A stretch of DNA of 64,000 nt from Oligoflexales bacterium (GCA_045106415.1 JBGCEP010000043.1:1-64000); one strand, 5' to 3'; counted from the first letter of the stretch, positions 17,887-28,110 are shown. The notes: a model not told the origin generated them from the letters alone. Made by a program: numbers and translations.

Positions 17887-18900
17887 CTATTTTGAAATTT
17901 TCTCTCGAATTTCAAGTTGTTTCAGACAACGCAAAGGAAGATAAACCCAACGGAACTGGTCTGTCTCATGACATTCTATCAACCCGATATCAGGATGAGA
18001 TTTCCAAGATTTTATCTTATAACGACAAGCACCCTCCATACCCGGAGGATTGGAAGCAACGCTGTGAAAACGCCAGCTTCCAGTTTGATACGTATATCGA
18101 TGAAACCCCTGCCATTTGTAAGTTTTTTTATTCATGAGCCGGCTAATCTTTAGGTTAAGACCGCCTCCTTTTTTGGGTTCTTTCACTTTAACTTCATTGT
18201 CGGCAGATGTTTCTTTACTCCCGTCAGTAGATGATTTCGCATAATATAAATTCGACGGTGGAGGAGGTTGATCCACAAGCTCATCACGGTCAGGAAAACT
18301 CATCGTCCATTTTTTTTGATTCACAAGTTGGATATGAACTCTTCTTGATGGGCCATTTTCAACCCAACAGTTGTTTATAACAATTGGATATGACGGCCCA
18401 GGCCACTCTAACCCCCACCTCACCCCTTTACCGATCAAGTATTGACTCTCCCATGTAAGCGGGACTCCAAAGTCAAGTTCGCTATCCGCCATACCCACAT
18501 TCCATGTCAGAGACCCCATTAAAGAAAGATCTTTAATCGTAAACGACACGTTTTGAGGCTCACAAATCATGAGATCTTCACGCCGTTTATCCGTATTAAT
18601 GTAAAGACATCGGCCTTTCGGTGGCGTGACATGGATGTAGCCCTTTAAGTCCCACGGCTGCACCCTATTGCTGTTATACAACAGTTCTTTATCATCGAGT
18701 TTGATCTTCTCGCCAGGCATTGGATTGAAATATTTTGCCATACGTGCGATTTTTTTTGCCTTCGGCTCTTCTACATAGGTTTCACCTTGGAGGATCTGAC
18801 TCGAGAAAAGAAACGTGACACAGGCAATCCAAAACGATAAATATCTGTTGATTTTTCGACTGCGTGTATCAAAGAAGTGTGACTTTCCCACTGCGGCCAT
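17887..18900 (-). CDS. Secreted hypothetical protein (several Cys)
   Basis: Signal-like segment YLSFWIACVTFLFSSQILQG; start uncertain, overlaps upstream gene. Confidence 0.65.
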   Translation of the reverse strand: MAAVGKSHFFDTRSRKINRYLSFWIACVTFLFSSQILQGETYVEEPKAKKIARMAKYFNPMPGEKIKLDDKELLYNSNRVQPWDLKGYIHVTPPKGRCLYINTDKRREDLMICEPQNVSFTIKDLSLMGSLTWNVGMADSELDFGVPLTWESQYLIGKGVRWGLEWPGPSYPIVINNCWVENGPSRRVHIQLVNQKKWTMSFPDRDELVDQPPPPSNLYYAKSSTDGSKETSADNEVKVKEPKKGGGLNLKISRLMNKKTYKWQGFHRYTYQTGSWRFHSVASNPPGMEGACRYKIKSWKSHPDIGLIECHETDQFRWVYLPLRCLKQLEIREKISK

Positions 18901-19727
18901 CTTTCATTTGCATCTGAGGTTTTCGTTAGCCATGTTCCTTGCCCTTTAAGGTCCACAACTCGTAGATCATACTGATATGTTTTCATTCCAATTCTACGGC
19001 TCCCAGAAAAAGCTATGAAACGCCCATCCGGACTCCATTTGGGGTCAGCTCCCCACCCTATTTGTTTCGGATCTCCACCGTCTTGACTCAAATAAATTTC
19101 TTCCGCATGCGTGGACCACACAATACATCGACCTTGTGGGCAGACATCAAAAGATTGGATCAAGCGAGTTTTTCCTTTTTTTTCATTCAGGTACTTTGTT
19201 CTTTGGGCCGCATTAACCCACAAAACCCCTTTCGGCGTCACAACATAAGATCCTTTAAATTTATCCATTCCAGGGGCTAAACCTTTAATTTTTAATTGAC
19301 GGCTATGAACACCATTCAAAAATGGCAAATAGATCTTCCAGGTTGCAGGGTCAAAGGATAAATGGCCGGTTTTATGTGGAAAAGATTCAAGGTCAACACT
19401 TTTATGCAGAACTCCATCCCAGGCTTGCAAATGGCTTGAAACAGATTTCCCCTGGCGTCTCAAAGTACGGTAGAACATTCGATAGCCATCTGGTGACCAC
19501 AGCAACGATGGAGACTTACCTAGTGGTGCAACACTCCAAATTTTTCTATTTTCTAAATTCAAAATTTTAAGTTTTTGGGAAGATTCCCCTTCAACAAACG
19601 CTAGATAACGCCCGCCTGGAGCTAACAACAAACGAGAAGGCTCAACAGGCAAACGAAGCCACGGCGTCCCTGCATCTATTTGTGGGGTGAACGAAAAAAT
19701 CAGAAAAACCAATAAAAAAAAACCCAT
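18771..19727 (-). CDS. TolB-like beta-propeller protein (PD40 repeats)
   Basis: WSPDGYR, PKWSPDGRFIAFS, ERWPQW; GGAGG SD before ATG 19727. Confidence 0.8.
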   Translation of the reverse strand: MGFFLLVFLIFSFTPQIDAGTPWLRLPVEPSRLLLAPGGRYLAFVEGESSQKLKILNLENRKIWSVAPLGKSPSLLWSPDGYRMFYRTLRRQGKSVSSHLQAWDGVLHKSVDLESFPHKTGHLSFDPATWKIYLPFLNGVHSRQLKIKGLAPGMDKFKGSYVVTPKGVLWVNAAQRTKYLNEKKGKTRLIQSFDVCPQGRCIVWSTHAEEIYLSQDGGDPKQIGWGADPKWSPDGRFIAFSGSRRIGMKTYQYDLRVVDLKGQGTWLTKTSDANERWPQWESHTSLIHAVEKSTDIYRFGLPVSRFFSRVRSSKVKPM

Positions 19728-19777
19728 ACACCACCTCCCGGTGAGTTTATTCTCCTTATCATGACTCAACTTGAGTA

Positions 19778-19838
19778 TCACGCCGACAGAAAATCATGCC
19801 GATAAGACTCTTTAGGAAAAAGCTATTCATACCGATAA
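19778..19838 (+). promoter_or_regulatory. Tandem sigma28-like promoter elements
   Basis: GCCGACAG (19782), GCCGATAA (19798) and ACCGATAA (19831) upstream of the cglF-like gene. Confidence 0.55.
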
Positions 19839-19860
19839 GATGTTTTTTAAGGGAGGTTCT

Positions 19861-20145
19861 ATGAAACTGTCTGTATTTTTACCATGCTTCATGACAGTGA
19901 TCATCAGCAGCTCTGGTATGAGCCAATCAAGTAAGGCTATTACTCGCCAAAAAGTTTTTGGTAATGAAAAAACAAGTATAGACTTCGAAGAAGTCGATAT
20001 TTCAGGACAAAGACGAGCACCTATAGGCTCCCTTATTCGGCAAAAAGCCGCTGATATTGAACATGACTTTGTTCGACTAAGAATGAGATGGCACCCTGAA
20101 ATGATCCAATCTGCCAAATCCTTAGAGTATGCTCCTAAAAATTAG
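19861..20145 (+). CDS. CglF/GltF-like small secreted gliding-motility family protein
   Basis: Signal peptide; KTSIDFEEVDISGQRRAP.G...HDFVRLR..W.PEMIQS recalls the myxobacterial CglF pattern; GGGAGG SD. Confidence 0.7.
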   Translation: MKLSVFLPCFMTVIISSSGMSQSSKAITRQKVFGNEKTSIDFEEVDISGQRRAPIGSLIRQKAADIEHDFVRLRMRWHPEMIQSAKSLEYAPKN

Positions 20146-20684
20146 TAACCACTTGTCTTATCTAAAAACTCCCGTACTTTCATGACATCTTCATTTTTCA
20201 TCTTCATGTATCGATGAAGTAGCCACCCATGTCGATCACAAATATAGATGGAGGGGAGGCCTGGGTTGTGAAGACCAGCAACTGTATCTTTCGTTGCTAA
20301 AATAGGGTGCTTTAAGCCATGAGCTTTTGCAAAACCTTCTACATCAGCCTGCAAATCATGCGCAAACAGCCATGAAAAAGTCATTCCTCTAGGAGTCATT
20401 TCTTTTTCTATTTTCATTAAATGCTTTAGCTGATTTTGGCAAGGAACACACCAAGATGCATATAGTATAATAATGTGCATATCGCCATTAGGCGCTTTCT
20501 GCGGAACTGCCTCACCCTGCAAGTTATACCCATAAACTTTAGGGCACTCCACCCACTCATGGACATAAGTAGCCCCCCCCTTCTTCTCTTTACCTGATCT
20601 TTTACCCCACCCTTCTGACGCAAAAAAAACAGAAAACAGCAACGATAAAAACCAGATACAGATAGAGCCTCGAGCGGTACACAT
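20142..20684 (-). CDS. TlpA-family thioredoxin-like protein
   Basis: Signal peptide, YASWCVPC, LPSIYICDRHG. Confidence 0.85.
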   Translation of the reverse strand: MCTARGSICIWFLSLLFSVFFASEGWGKRSGKEKKGGATYVHEWVECPKVYGYNLQGEAVPQKAPNGDMHIIILYASWCVPCQNQLKHLMKIEKEMTPRGMTFSWLFAHDLQADVEGFAKAHGLKHPILATKDTVAGLHNPGLPSIYICDRHGWLLHRYMKMKNEDVMKVREFLDKTSGY

Positions 20685-20785
20685 AAGCCCTCCTTTATCG
20701 AGAAATAAGAGTTATTGTATGTTAGCACGCAAAATATGACTAAGAAGATTCACTAAGAGCAACTCCACTAAAATCCAGTAATATA

Positions 20786-22072
20786 ATGAAGACTATGATC
20801 TTCTCCGCTCACAAAGGCTTTGCAATGAACAGCCATACAGACCCTCACGAAAGATGGAAAAAAGGACAAGCAAGCAAATACTGGAGCTTCTCCTGGGACT
20901 CGCTAGAAGTTCTCTTATCCGGGCGTTCTGCAATCGATATGCAAACCTTGCCTTTTTACGACTTTAATGATGCAACTCAGTTTTTAGAGAACTATGGCTA
21001 CCATTTAAAAAAAGAAAAAGATGCAAAACAAGCACACGCAATCCTTGTAGAGGCTATTTTTTTCATTAAAAATACCCTTCTCCCTGAAGAGTGGGCGTCT
21101 GGGTGTCAACCACCTCAAGAAATTTTCGAGTGCTATGACCCCCGCAGACTTTTACTTTGGGCATCTTCTCACAGCTCTTTATTACAAGATCACAGACTCT
21201 GGTCGTGTGCGATCTTGCGAGTCATGCATACAATTGCACATCTTGATCGCCTTGAGCTCCATCAAGAGCATGCACACGCTCGTCAACAGATACAAAATCG
21301 GTTCTGTAAATATTTCACAACCAAGGACAACCAAACATGGTTTGGTCAGGAGCACCAAAAAGTTCCACTCAAAGCCTTGGAGTGGAAGCGGAGAAAGTCT
21401 CGACACTCTATTTTGTTAAAACTTCTTCATAAACCAAGCAATGTGTCAGAGACTATTTATGACCACCTAGGAATTCGATTCACAACCCACTTCTTATCTG
21501 ATGCATTTGTCATCCTGAAACAACTTCTCGAATACAACCTCGTTACATTCGCAAGCACAAACCCTACTCGCGCGCGAAACACTCTTGTTAATATTGAGAA
21601 TTTCCGAAAAAAAATTGACGACTCTTTACTTTTGCACAAACAAGGCAAAATATCTGACGCAAGACTTCTCGACCAAATATCTGATTTAACAGATGAATCT
21701 TGTGGGATCCACATTCAAAACCCACACAGTTCAAGTGAATACAGAAGTATTCAAATTACATGCAGACAAAGAATTAGTTACCCAAATCCAGCTCTTTCAT
21801 GGATGAAGAAAATGCCTCAATCATCCATAGAAACTCCATGGTTCCAATTTATCAAAAATTGGCACGGCGTCTCACAAATGCAAGATATCCATGTCTTTTA
21901 TCCATTTGAAATTCAAATTCAAGACACTCAAGCTGCATCTGCCAGCTCAGAAAACGGGCTGGCATCACACGAAAACTACAAACAAGCACAGAAAGAAACA
22001 GCAAGAAAAAGGGTGGCTAAAGAATTGCTCGCAAACTTCAACCCCTCCCAAAAACGTCACAAAAAACGATAA
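20786..22072 (+). CDS. TIGR04552-like protein (RelA/SpoT synthetase-like C-terminal half)
   Basis: LLSGRSAID, WSCAILRVMH, KSRHSILLKLLHKP, IYDHLGIRF, YRSIQITCRQ, FYPFEIQI, ASHENYK. Confidence 0.75.
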   Translation: MKTMIFSAHKGFAMNSHTDPHERWKKGQASKYWSFSWDSLEVLLSGRSAIDMQTLPFYDFNDATQFLENYGYHLKKEKDAKQAHAILVEAIFFIKNTLLPEEWASGCQPPQEIFECYDPRRLLLWASSHSSLLQDHRLWSCAILRVMHTIAHLDRLELHQEHAHARQQIQNRFCKYFTTKDNQTWFGQEHQKVPLKALEWKRRKSRHSILLKLLHKPSNVSETIYDHLGIRFTTHFLSDAFVILKQLLEYNLVTFASTNPTRARNTLVNIENFRKKIDDSLLLHKQGKISDARLLDQISDLTDESCGIHIQNPHSSSEYRSIQITCRQRISYPNPALSWMKKMPQSSIETPWFQFIKNWHGVSQMQDIHVFYPFEIQIQDTQAASASSENGLASHENYKQAQKETARKRVAKELLANFNPSQKRHKKR

Positions 22073-22176
22073 CCCACTTTCAACATCATTTTTCTTTCAA
22101 GGAGTTAAAATCTCCTGGTTGCAACCCAGCGCTCATCGCGATAGGCTTCGGCGGCCTAGTGTAAGGAGCTTACATA

Positions 22177-24600
22177 ATGAAAAAAAGCGCAGACCACAGT
22201 CAAATAAATGAAAAACATAGTAAGACTCAAACCATTGACATCTTACCATTTGAAAATACAGTTCTTTTCCCGGGGAATACCATTCCCTTGACATCGCTGT
22301 CTGATTTAACGCCCAAGCAGCTCAAAGATATTCAAAGCCACGGAACGATCACAGGCGTCGTTTTACATGACGGCGATGGTTGGGCAAGCACAGGGACGTT
22401 TGCGAGCCTCACAGGCGTTTTAAAAACCCCTGAGGGGGGGCTCGGGGGGCTTTTTCGTGGAGAAACACGTTTTCAAGTCAAAAAAATCCGTGAAACACGT
22501 GACGGCAGGTGGGTTGCTGAGGTTCAGGAGATTGAAGATCGCCCTGCCCGGAGAACACAAAAAACACTCGGCATGACGAAAGCTCTTAAACACCTCATGA
22601 TACAGCTCCTCACTCAAAGTCCGCAGTGGGGCGAAGAGTCTCTCGCACTCGCAGGCGTTGTAGATGACCCTCATTCAATTAGCTATTTAATCACACCCAT
22701 GCTTTCTCTAACCCCCAGAGAAAAACAAGAAATATTAGAAAACCCTGACCCTCTTGCCAAAATGAAGCTTCTCACTCTTTTAGCAACAAAAGAGCTAGAG
22801 CTCATGAAAGCAGCGAATCAGGTTGAAGAAGAAGCCAAAAGCAGCCTTAATCAAAACATCCGTCGTTCATGGCTCAATGAAAAACTTCAAGCCATTCGCA
22901 AAGAACTTGACGAAGTCGATGGTGTCGAAGATGAAATCGAACAACTCGAGAACTCTTTTCGCGGACTCCCTTTAAGCCCTAAAGTTCAAGAACAAATTCT
23001 AAGAGAAATCAAACGTCTTGAGATGATGCCTCAAGGCTCATCTGAAGCGACAGTTTCTCTTACTTATCTCCAGGCTCTCCACGATCTTCCTTGGGCTGAA
23101 GACGAAGTTCAACCTGCACATCCCAAGCAGATTATGACTCACGCTCAGCAGCTTCTGGACAACGAACATCATGGATTAGAAAAAGTAAAAAATCGTGTTT
23201 TAGAGCACCTAGCAGTGATGCTACATCAACAAAAAGTGCCAGGGAAAACCCTTCTTCTCGTTGGACCTCCTGGGGTGGGGAAAACCTCGCTAGCAACCTC
23301 AATTGCACACGCTCTTCAAAGACCATTCGCAAGAGTCTCTTTAGGGGGCGTCAAAGATGAGGCGGAAATAAGAGGGCATCGCCGTACCTACGTTGGTGCT
23401 ATGCCTGGAAAAATCATGCAAGCCATTAAGCAGGCAGAGTCAAGATCTTCCGTCATTCTGCTTGATGAGATAGACAAAGTTGGCCGTGACCATGGACATG
23501 ATTTGTCTTCCGCACTGCTTGAAGTGCTCGATCCCGAGCAAAATAAATCTTTTCAAGACCACTACATAAACGTCCCTTTTGATTTGTCTCAAACATTTTT
23601 TGTTGCAACCGCAAACAGCCTTGAAAACATCCCAGCACCTCTACGGGACAGGATGGAAGTCATCGAACTTTCTGGGTATACAGATGTCGAGAAAAGCAAC
23701 ATTGCACAAAAGCATTTGATTCCGAAAATCAGCACAGAACTTGGTTTAGATCGCAGGCGTTTTCGGTTTAGCGACGACACCCTTGAATACATCATTCGGC
23801 ATTACACTCGAGAAGCTGGTGTTCGCCAGCTTTCTAAAACTTTAAGCACACTTGGCCAACGCATGGTTCGCCGTATCGTAGAAGGTAAAAAACAAACCAA
23901 GTTTGACACGACTCATATATCTCAAGAGTTAGGTCCTATGAGGTTTTTAGAAGAGCCAACATACGGAAGTCTACCTGTAGGGGTTGCTCAAGGTCTTGCA
24001 TATACAGCAATGGGCGGAGATCTCCTTTATTTGGAAACAAACCTCAACCCTCTCAGCGAAGGCCGAGGCCGCTTGCTGTTAACTGGGCACCTAGGAAAAG
24101 TCATGCAAGAAAGTGTACAAACAGCGCTTTCTTACCTACATGGTCGCTCCGGAGAGTTAGGAATCGAGCTTAAAATGTTTGAAAAAAATGATATTCACGT
24201 TCACTTTCCTGATGGAGCCACTCCAAAGGATGGGCCCAGCGCTGGTATCGCTGCTCTTTCAGCTCTTTACAGTCTATTTACAAAGCAACCAATTCCTGCA
24301 AACTTTGCAATGACCGGTGAAATCACGCTACGTGGGCAAGTTTTACCTGTCGGTGGTATCCGTGAAAAATTTATTGCCGCACATAGATACGGAAAAAAAC
24401 ACATTATCATGCCAGCTCAAAACTGGAACGACCTAGAAGAACTACCTAAAGATATCCGCAAAGATCTCCGGTTCTACCCTGTCCACGATATGATGGAAGT
24501 TCTGAAAGTCATTGGTCTGATTAAGGGGACAAGCCTCGGCCCTCAGACATATAAAGCTTTCACAAAAAAATCACATCTGCCTCAAGGAGAGCTTCATTGA
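22177..24600 (+). CDS. lon: ATP-dependent Lon protease
   Basis: GPPGVGKTS, GHRRTYVGAMPG, LLDEIDK, PKDGPSAG, GGIREK. Confidence 0.97.
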   Translation: MKKSADHSQINEKHSKTQTIDILPFENTVLFPGNTIPLTSLSDLTPKQLKDIQSHGTITGVVLHDGDGWASTGTFASLTGVLKTPEGGLGGLFRGETRFQVKKIRETRDGRWVAEVQEIEDRPARRTQKTLGMTKALKHLMIQLLTQSPQWGEESLALAGVVDDPHSISYLITPMLSLTPREKQEILENPDPLAKMKLLTLLATKELELMKAANQVEEEAKSSLNQNIRRSWLNEKLQAIRKELDEVDGVEDEIEQLENSFRGLPLSPKVQEQILREIKRLEMMPQGSSEATVSLTYLQALHDLPWAEDEVQPAHPKQIMTHAQQLLDNEHHGLEKVKNRVLEHLAVMLHQQKVPGKTLLLVGPPGVGKTSLATSIAHALQRPFARVSLGGVKDEAEIRGHRRTYVGAMPGKIMQAIKQAESRSSVILLDEIDKVGRDHGHDLSSALLEVLDPEQNKSFQDHYINVPFDLSQTFFVATANSLENIPAPLRDRMEVIELSGYTDVEKSNIAQKHLIPKISTELGLDRRRFRFSDDTLEYIIRHYTREAGVRQLSKTLSTLGQRMVRRIVEGKKQTKFDTTHISQELGPMRFLEEPTYGSLPVGVAQGLAYTAMGGDLLYLETNLNPLSEGRGRLLLTGHLGKVMQESVQTALSYLHGRSGELGIELKMFEKNDIHVHFPDGATPKDGPSAGIAALSALYSLFTKQPIPANFAMTGEITLRGQVLPVGGIREKFIAAHRYGKKHIIMPAQNWNDLEELPKDIRKDLRFYPVHDMMEVLKVIGLIKGTSLGPQTYKAFTKKSHLPQGELH

Positions 24601-25718
24601 GTGAAGTATACGTTGATTACAATGGAACAGCTCCAGCATCTCAGGCTCACTTTGAAGCATTAATGACGATCTTCAAAGGGGAACCTCTTGGGAACGCATC
24701 CAGCACTCACAGATGTGGTCGCAAAATGAGATTGCTCCGCGAAAACGCCCGCGATGCTATTTGCATTTCTTTAGGTGGTGTTGATGCTGAAAATATCTTT
24801 TTTACTTCCGGAGCAACTGAAGCCAACAATACTGTTCTTGCTGGGCTTAAAAAACAAGGGCGCCTGATTTACACAGCAGGCGAGCACGCTTCAATCGTCA
24901 AGCCCATTCAAGCACGCCATCTCCGCTCACAAGAACCTGTCGACTGTATTCCTCTAACACCCGAGGGCACCGTCGACACAGATAAACTCTTAGCAAAGGT
25001 CGATACAGAAACAGCTCTGGTTTCTATCATGCTGGTCAATAACGAAACCGGCTGCATCAATCCAATAAAAAACATCTCAGAGCAAATTCGCAAAAAAAAT
25101 CCTACCACTCACATCCACATCGACGCCGTACAAGGCTGGGGAAAAATCCCATTAGGGTTTATTTCTCAAGGATGCGTCGATAGCCTTTCTTTATCTGGTC
25201 ACAAAGTAGGAGGACTCAGCGGCGCTGGGGCTCTTTATCTTAAAAATCCAGAACAAATCTCATCACTCATCTTAGGCGGAGGCCACGAACACGGTTTTCG
25301 AGCTGGCACAGAAAGTATGATGAGCATAGTTTCTATGGGGCTACGAGCACAAGACATCGAAAAAAACCCAAAATGGCTCCAACACGTCATACCGATTCGT
25401 GAAAAACTTGCAAACGACTTAAAAAATATGGGATGTAAAATTTGGGAAGGCCCCAACCATACAGGCAACACAATTCGCGTCACTTGCCCTAATCACCCAA
25501 TAGAAGAAGTGATGCTTCAGTTAGAGATGAAAAAAATATCAGCATCATCTGGCAGCGCTTGCTCATCAGGAACCCCGACACCAAGCTCAACACTCTTATC
25601 CATGGGAGCAACAACCTGGGAAGCTTCTAACTCAGTACGAATCTCTTTTGGAGAAGGGAGCCTTGACGAGCACGGTTCTCAGATTTCTCAAGCATTTAAA
25701 GAGCTGTTGAAACCCTAG
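24597..25718 (+). CDS. iscS: Cysteine desulfurase (IscS/NifS family)
   Basis: DYNGT, FTSGATEAN, HIDAVQ, SGHK, SSGSACSS. Confidence 0.9.
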   Translation: MSEVYVDYNGTAPASQAHFEALMTIFKGEPLGNASSTHRCGRKMRLLRENARDAICISLGGVDAENIFFTSGATEANNTVLAGLKKQGRLIYTAGEHASIVKPIQARHLRSQEPVDCIPLTPEGTVDTDKLLAKVDTETALVSIMLVNNETGCINPIKNISEQIRKKNPTTHIHIDAVQGWGKIPLGFISQGCVDSLSLSGHKVGGLSGAGALYLKNPEQISSLILGGGHEHGFRAGTESMMSIVSMGLRAQDIEKNPKWLQHVIPIREKLANDLKNMGCKIWEGPNHTGNTIRVTCPNHPIEEVMLQLEMKKISASSGSACSSGTPTPSSTLLSMGATTWEASNSVRISFGEGSLDEHGSQISQAFKELLKP

Positions 25719-25726
25719 TGCTCGTC

Positions 25727-25754
25727 AAGACAGACGAGGGGTAGGTGCTATAAT
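25727..25754 (+). promoter_or_regulatory. Extended -10 sigma70 promoter with no ORF directly downstream
   Basis: AAGACA-N16-TATAAT with TG at the extended position (TGCTATAAT, 25746-25754). Confidence 0.5.
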
Positions 25755-26066
25755 AAGCACCCATGCGGCAGGATTCTTGAAGATAATGTGACACGCAGCC
25801 CGGTACTCAGCACATACGCGGTGATAGGTTTCTTTTATGTTTGTTCTTTTGAACAACTATGGGTTCGGAAAAACACAAGTCTCCATAAGAAAAGAAACAC
25901 ATAAAACCTTTTATTCTTATAATTACAAATACTTAAAAAAGACCCACCTTTTAAACACAAGCTCTTTAAATAATACTATTTTGAAAAAAGCCCCCGATTT
26001 CAGCGATTTCATATCGACAAGCCTTCTTCACAAAACACTCAATCTTTTTAAAAAAAGGTAATGTTC

Positions 26067-26096
26067 TTGACGGGTCATCTCCCCTCAAAGTACAGT
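26067..26096 (+). promoter_or_regulatory. Sigma70-like promoter of the lol-bam-lpx operon
   Basis: TTGACG-N18-TACAGT ~57 nt before the lolE start. Confidence 0.45.
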
Positions 26097-26152
26097 GCAA
26101 GGCATGAGGTCGACATGTTTCAAGTGCCATAGCATCTAGCAAAGGGACACTT

Positions 26153-27412
26153 GTGAAGACAAAAAAAAATTGCATATCTTGGATTGCATTTCGCCAGCTC
26201 ATGAACCGTAAAGGTCGTGGGCTTGGAACTATGACTTGGGTTTCCATGTTTGGAGTTGCTATCGGCGTAGCTGCTCTCATCGTTGTGCGTTCTGTTATGT
26301 CTGGGATGGCAATCGATTTAAAACAACGCCTTTTTCTTGGGCTTCCTCATCTTGAGGTTCTGGCTCACAATGCAACTGTTGGCTTTAGTCTTGATGAATT
26401 CCCCGAGGACGACATCAAAAAGCACCTGCCTGGAGCCTCAGGCATAGAGCCTTTTATACAAGCAGATGTCGTTGTGAAAAATCGCAGGCTTATTTCATCT
26501 GTGGCTTTATTCGGGGTACAGCCAGACCTCGGGGGGCAGTTATGGGGTTTTGGCTCTTCCATGATTGAGGGCGAAATCAAAGATCTTGCCTTTGAAGACA
26601 AAGATGGTCGACCGGGTATCGTTCTTGGAGAAAAACTGGCCAGCAGGCTTTCTGTTCATGTTGATGATGTTGTCACAATTTTAAATCCTCAAACTTCAAT
26701 TTCAAGCGTCTTAGGCGGAGGTTCAATCTCTAAAGATTTTCGTGTCATCGGATTCTTTCAGACGAATCTCCCTCGCTACGACAGTAAGTACGCTGTTGTT
26801 TCCCTTGATGCGGCCCGGCCTTATATGCACGACTATGACCCTTCATTGGATGAGGAGCATTACGTCACAGGTGTTGCTATGAATTTCCCAGACCCTGAAA
26901 TGATTCGTTCTTTCAAAAAGTTTGAACATCCACAGTTCCAAGTCAATACGTGGATTGATGTCAATCAATCTCTTCTTTTCGCTCTTGATCTTGAAAGAAT
27001 CTGTATGGGGGCTGTTCTTTCTTTAATCGTTCTGGTTGGCGCATTCTCTGTAAGTGGGACACTCATGATGACGGTTTATCACAGCCGCTCTCAAATCGCA
27101 TTGTTAAGAGCCCTAGGGCTTTGTCGACAAGATATTATTTTCATTTATATGATTCACGGAGCAGTGATTGGTGGGAGCGGTGCTTTTATGGGGACCTTTC
27201 TCGGTTTTATGATTTGTCTCTTTATGTTAGCTCTCCATGGAGATACACTGCCATGGGTTGTGCCGCATGACGCTATTTTACCAGTCGAAATTTTACCTTT
27301 CGATTCTGTTGTTATTGGTGTCTTAGCAATGATCTTAACTTTATGTGCTGCCTGTTATCCAGCCCTTGTTGCTTCACGACAAGACCCTGGAAAAGGCCTG
27401 AGGATTTTTTAA
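26153..27412 (+). CDS. lolE: Lipoprotein-releasing ABC permease LolC/E
   Basis: GVAIGVAALIVVRSVMSG, IALLRALG, YPALVASRQDP. Confidence 0.9.
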   Translation: MKTKKNCISWIAFRQLMNRKGRGLGTMTWVSMFGVAIGVAALIVVRSVMSGMAIDLKQRLFLGLPHLEVLAHNATVGFSLDEFPEDDIKKHLPGASGIEPFIQADVVVKNRRLISSVALFGVQPDLGGQLWGFGSSMIEGEIKDLAFEDKDGRPGIVLGEKLASRLSVHVDDVVTILNPQTSISSVLGGGSISKDFRVIGFFQTNLPRYDSKYAVVSLDAARPYMHDYDPSLDEEHYVTGVAMNFPDPEMIRSFKKFEHPQFQVNTWIDVNQSLLFALDLERICMGAVLSLIVLVGAFSVSGTLMMTVYHSRSQIALLRALGLCRQDIIFIYMIHGAVIGGSGAFMGTFLGFMICLFMLALHGDTLPWVVPHDAILPVEILPFDSVVIGVLAMILTLCAACYPALVASRQDPGKGLRIF

Positions 27413-28110
27413 TGGCAGATTTATCATCCAGTATTGTCCTCCAAGACGTTCATAAAATTTATCATATCGAAGCTCAAAAAGTTGAGGCTTTACGCGGTGT
27501 CTCTTTAACGCTTAAAAAAGGCCAAATGGTTGCCGTTACAGGAAAATCAGGGGCAGGAAAAAGCACCTTTCTTCACGTCCTAGGTACCTTAGATCGCCCT
27601 ACCCATGGAAAAATATTTCTCAATGGCACAGATGTGTCTTCCATGAACGACCATCTTGCTTCAACATTCCGAAACTCTACAATAGGGTTTGTTTTTCAAG
27701 GCCATAATCTTTTAAGTGAATTTTCCGCCCTTGAAAACATCATGCTTCCAGGCCTTATTGCTGGGCACCCCCAAGATCTTGTTGAACAACGCGCACACGA
27801 TATGCTCAAAGCAGTACAGCTCACTCATAGGAGTCGGCACAGACCCGGCGAATTATCTGGGGGCGAACAGCAAAGAATCGCTATTGCTCGAGCACTTTCC
27901 ATGGAGCCTCCCATCGTTCTTGCAGATGAACCAACAGGAAATCTTGACCAAAAAACAAGCCAAATTATTCAAGAGCTTCTGTTAAGCCTGTGCCACGACC
28001 GGCAGATGACAATGGTTCTTGTCACACACGACAGAGAACTTGCTGTAAAACTCCCGTACCAAATTGTTATGGAAGATGGACGCATTATTGAAAACGGAGC
28101 TCAAAATTGA
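27412..28110 (+). CDS. lolD: Lipoprotein-releasing ABC ATPase LolD
   Basis: [27 protein letters not shown]. Confidence 0.92.
   Translation: MADLSSSIVLQDVHKIYHIEAQKVEALRGVSLTLKKGQMVAVTGKSGAGKSTFLHVLGTLDRPTHGKIFLNGTDVSSMNDHLASTFRNSTIGFVFQGHNLLSEFSALENIMLPGLIAGHPQDLVEQRAHDMLKAVQLTHRSRHRPGELSGGEQQRIAIARALSMEPPIVLADEPTGNLDQKTSQIIQELLLSLCHDRQMTMVLVTHDRELAVKLPYQIVMEDGRIIENGAQN

Noticed and set aside
25760..25900. 6S RNA, SRP RNA, tmRNA or c-di-GMP riboswitch
   Set aside because: Diagnostic motifs were not found by eye, so it is kept only as an unassigned sRNA candidate.
25837..26280. ORFs 25837..26061(+) and 25966..26280(-)
   Set aside because: Low-complexity AT-rich or antisense to lolE; no SD or motif.
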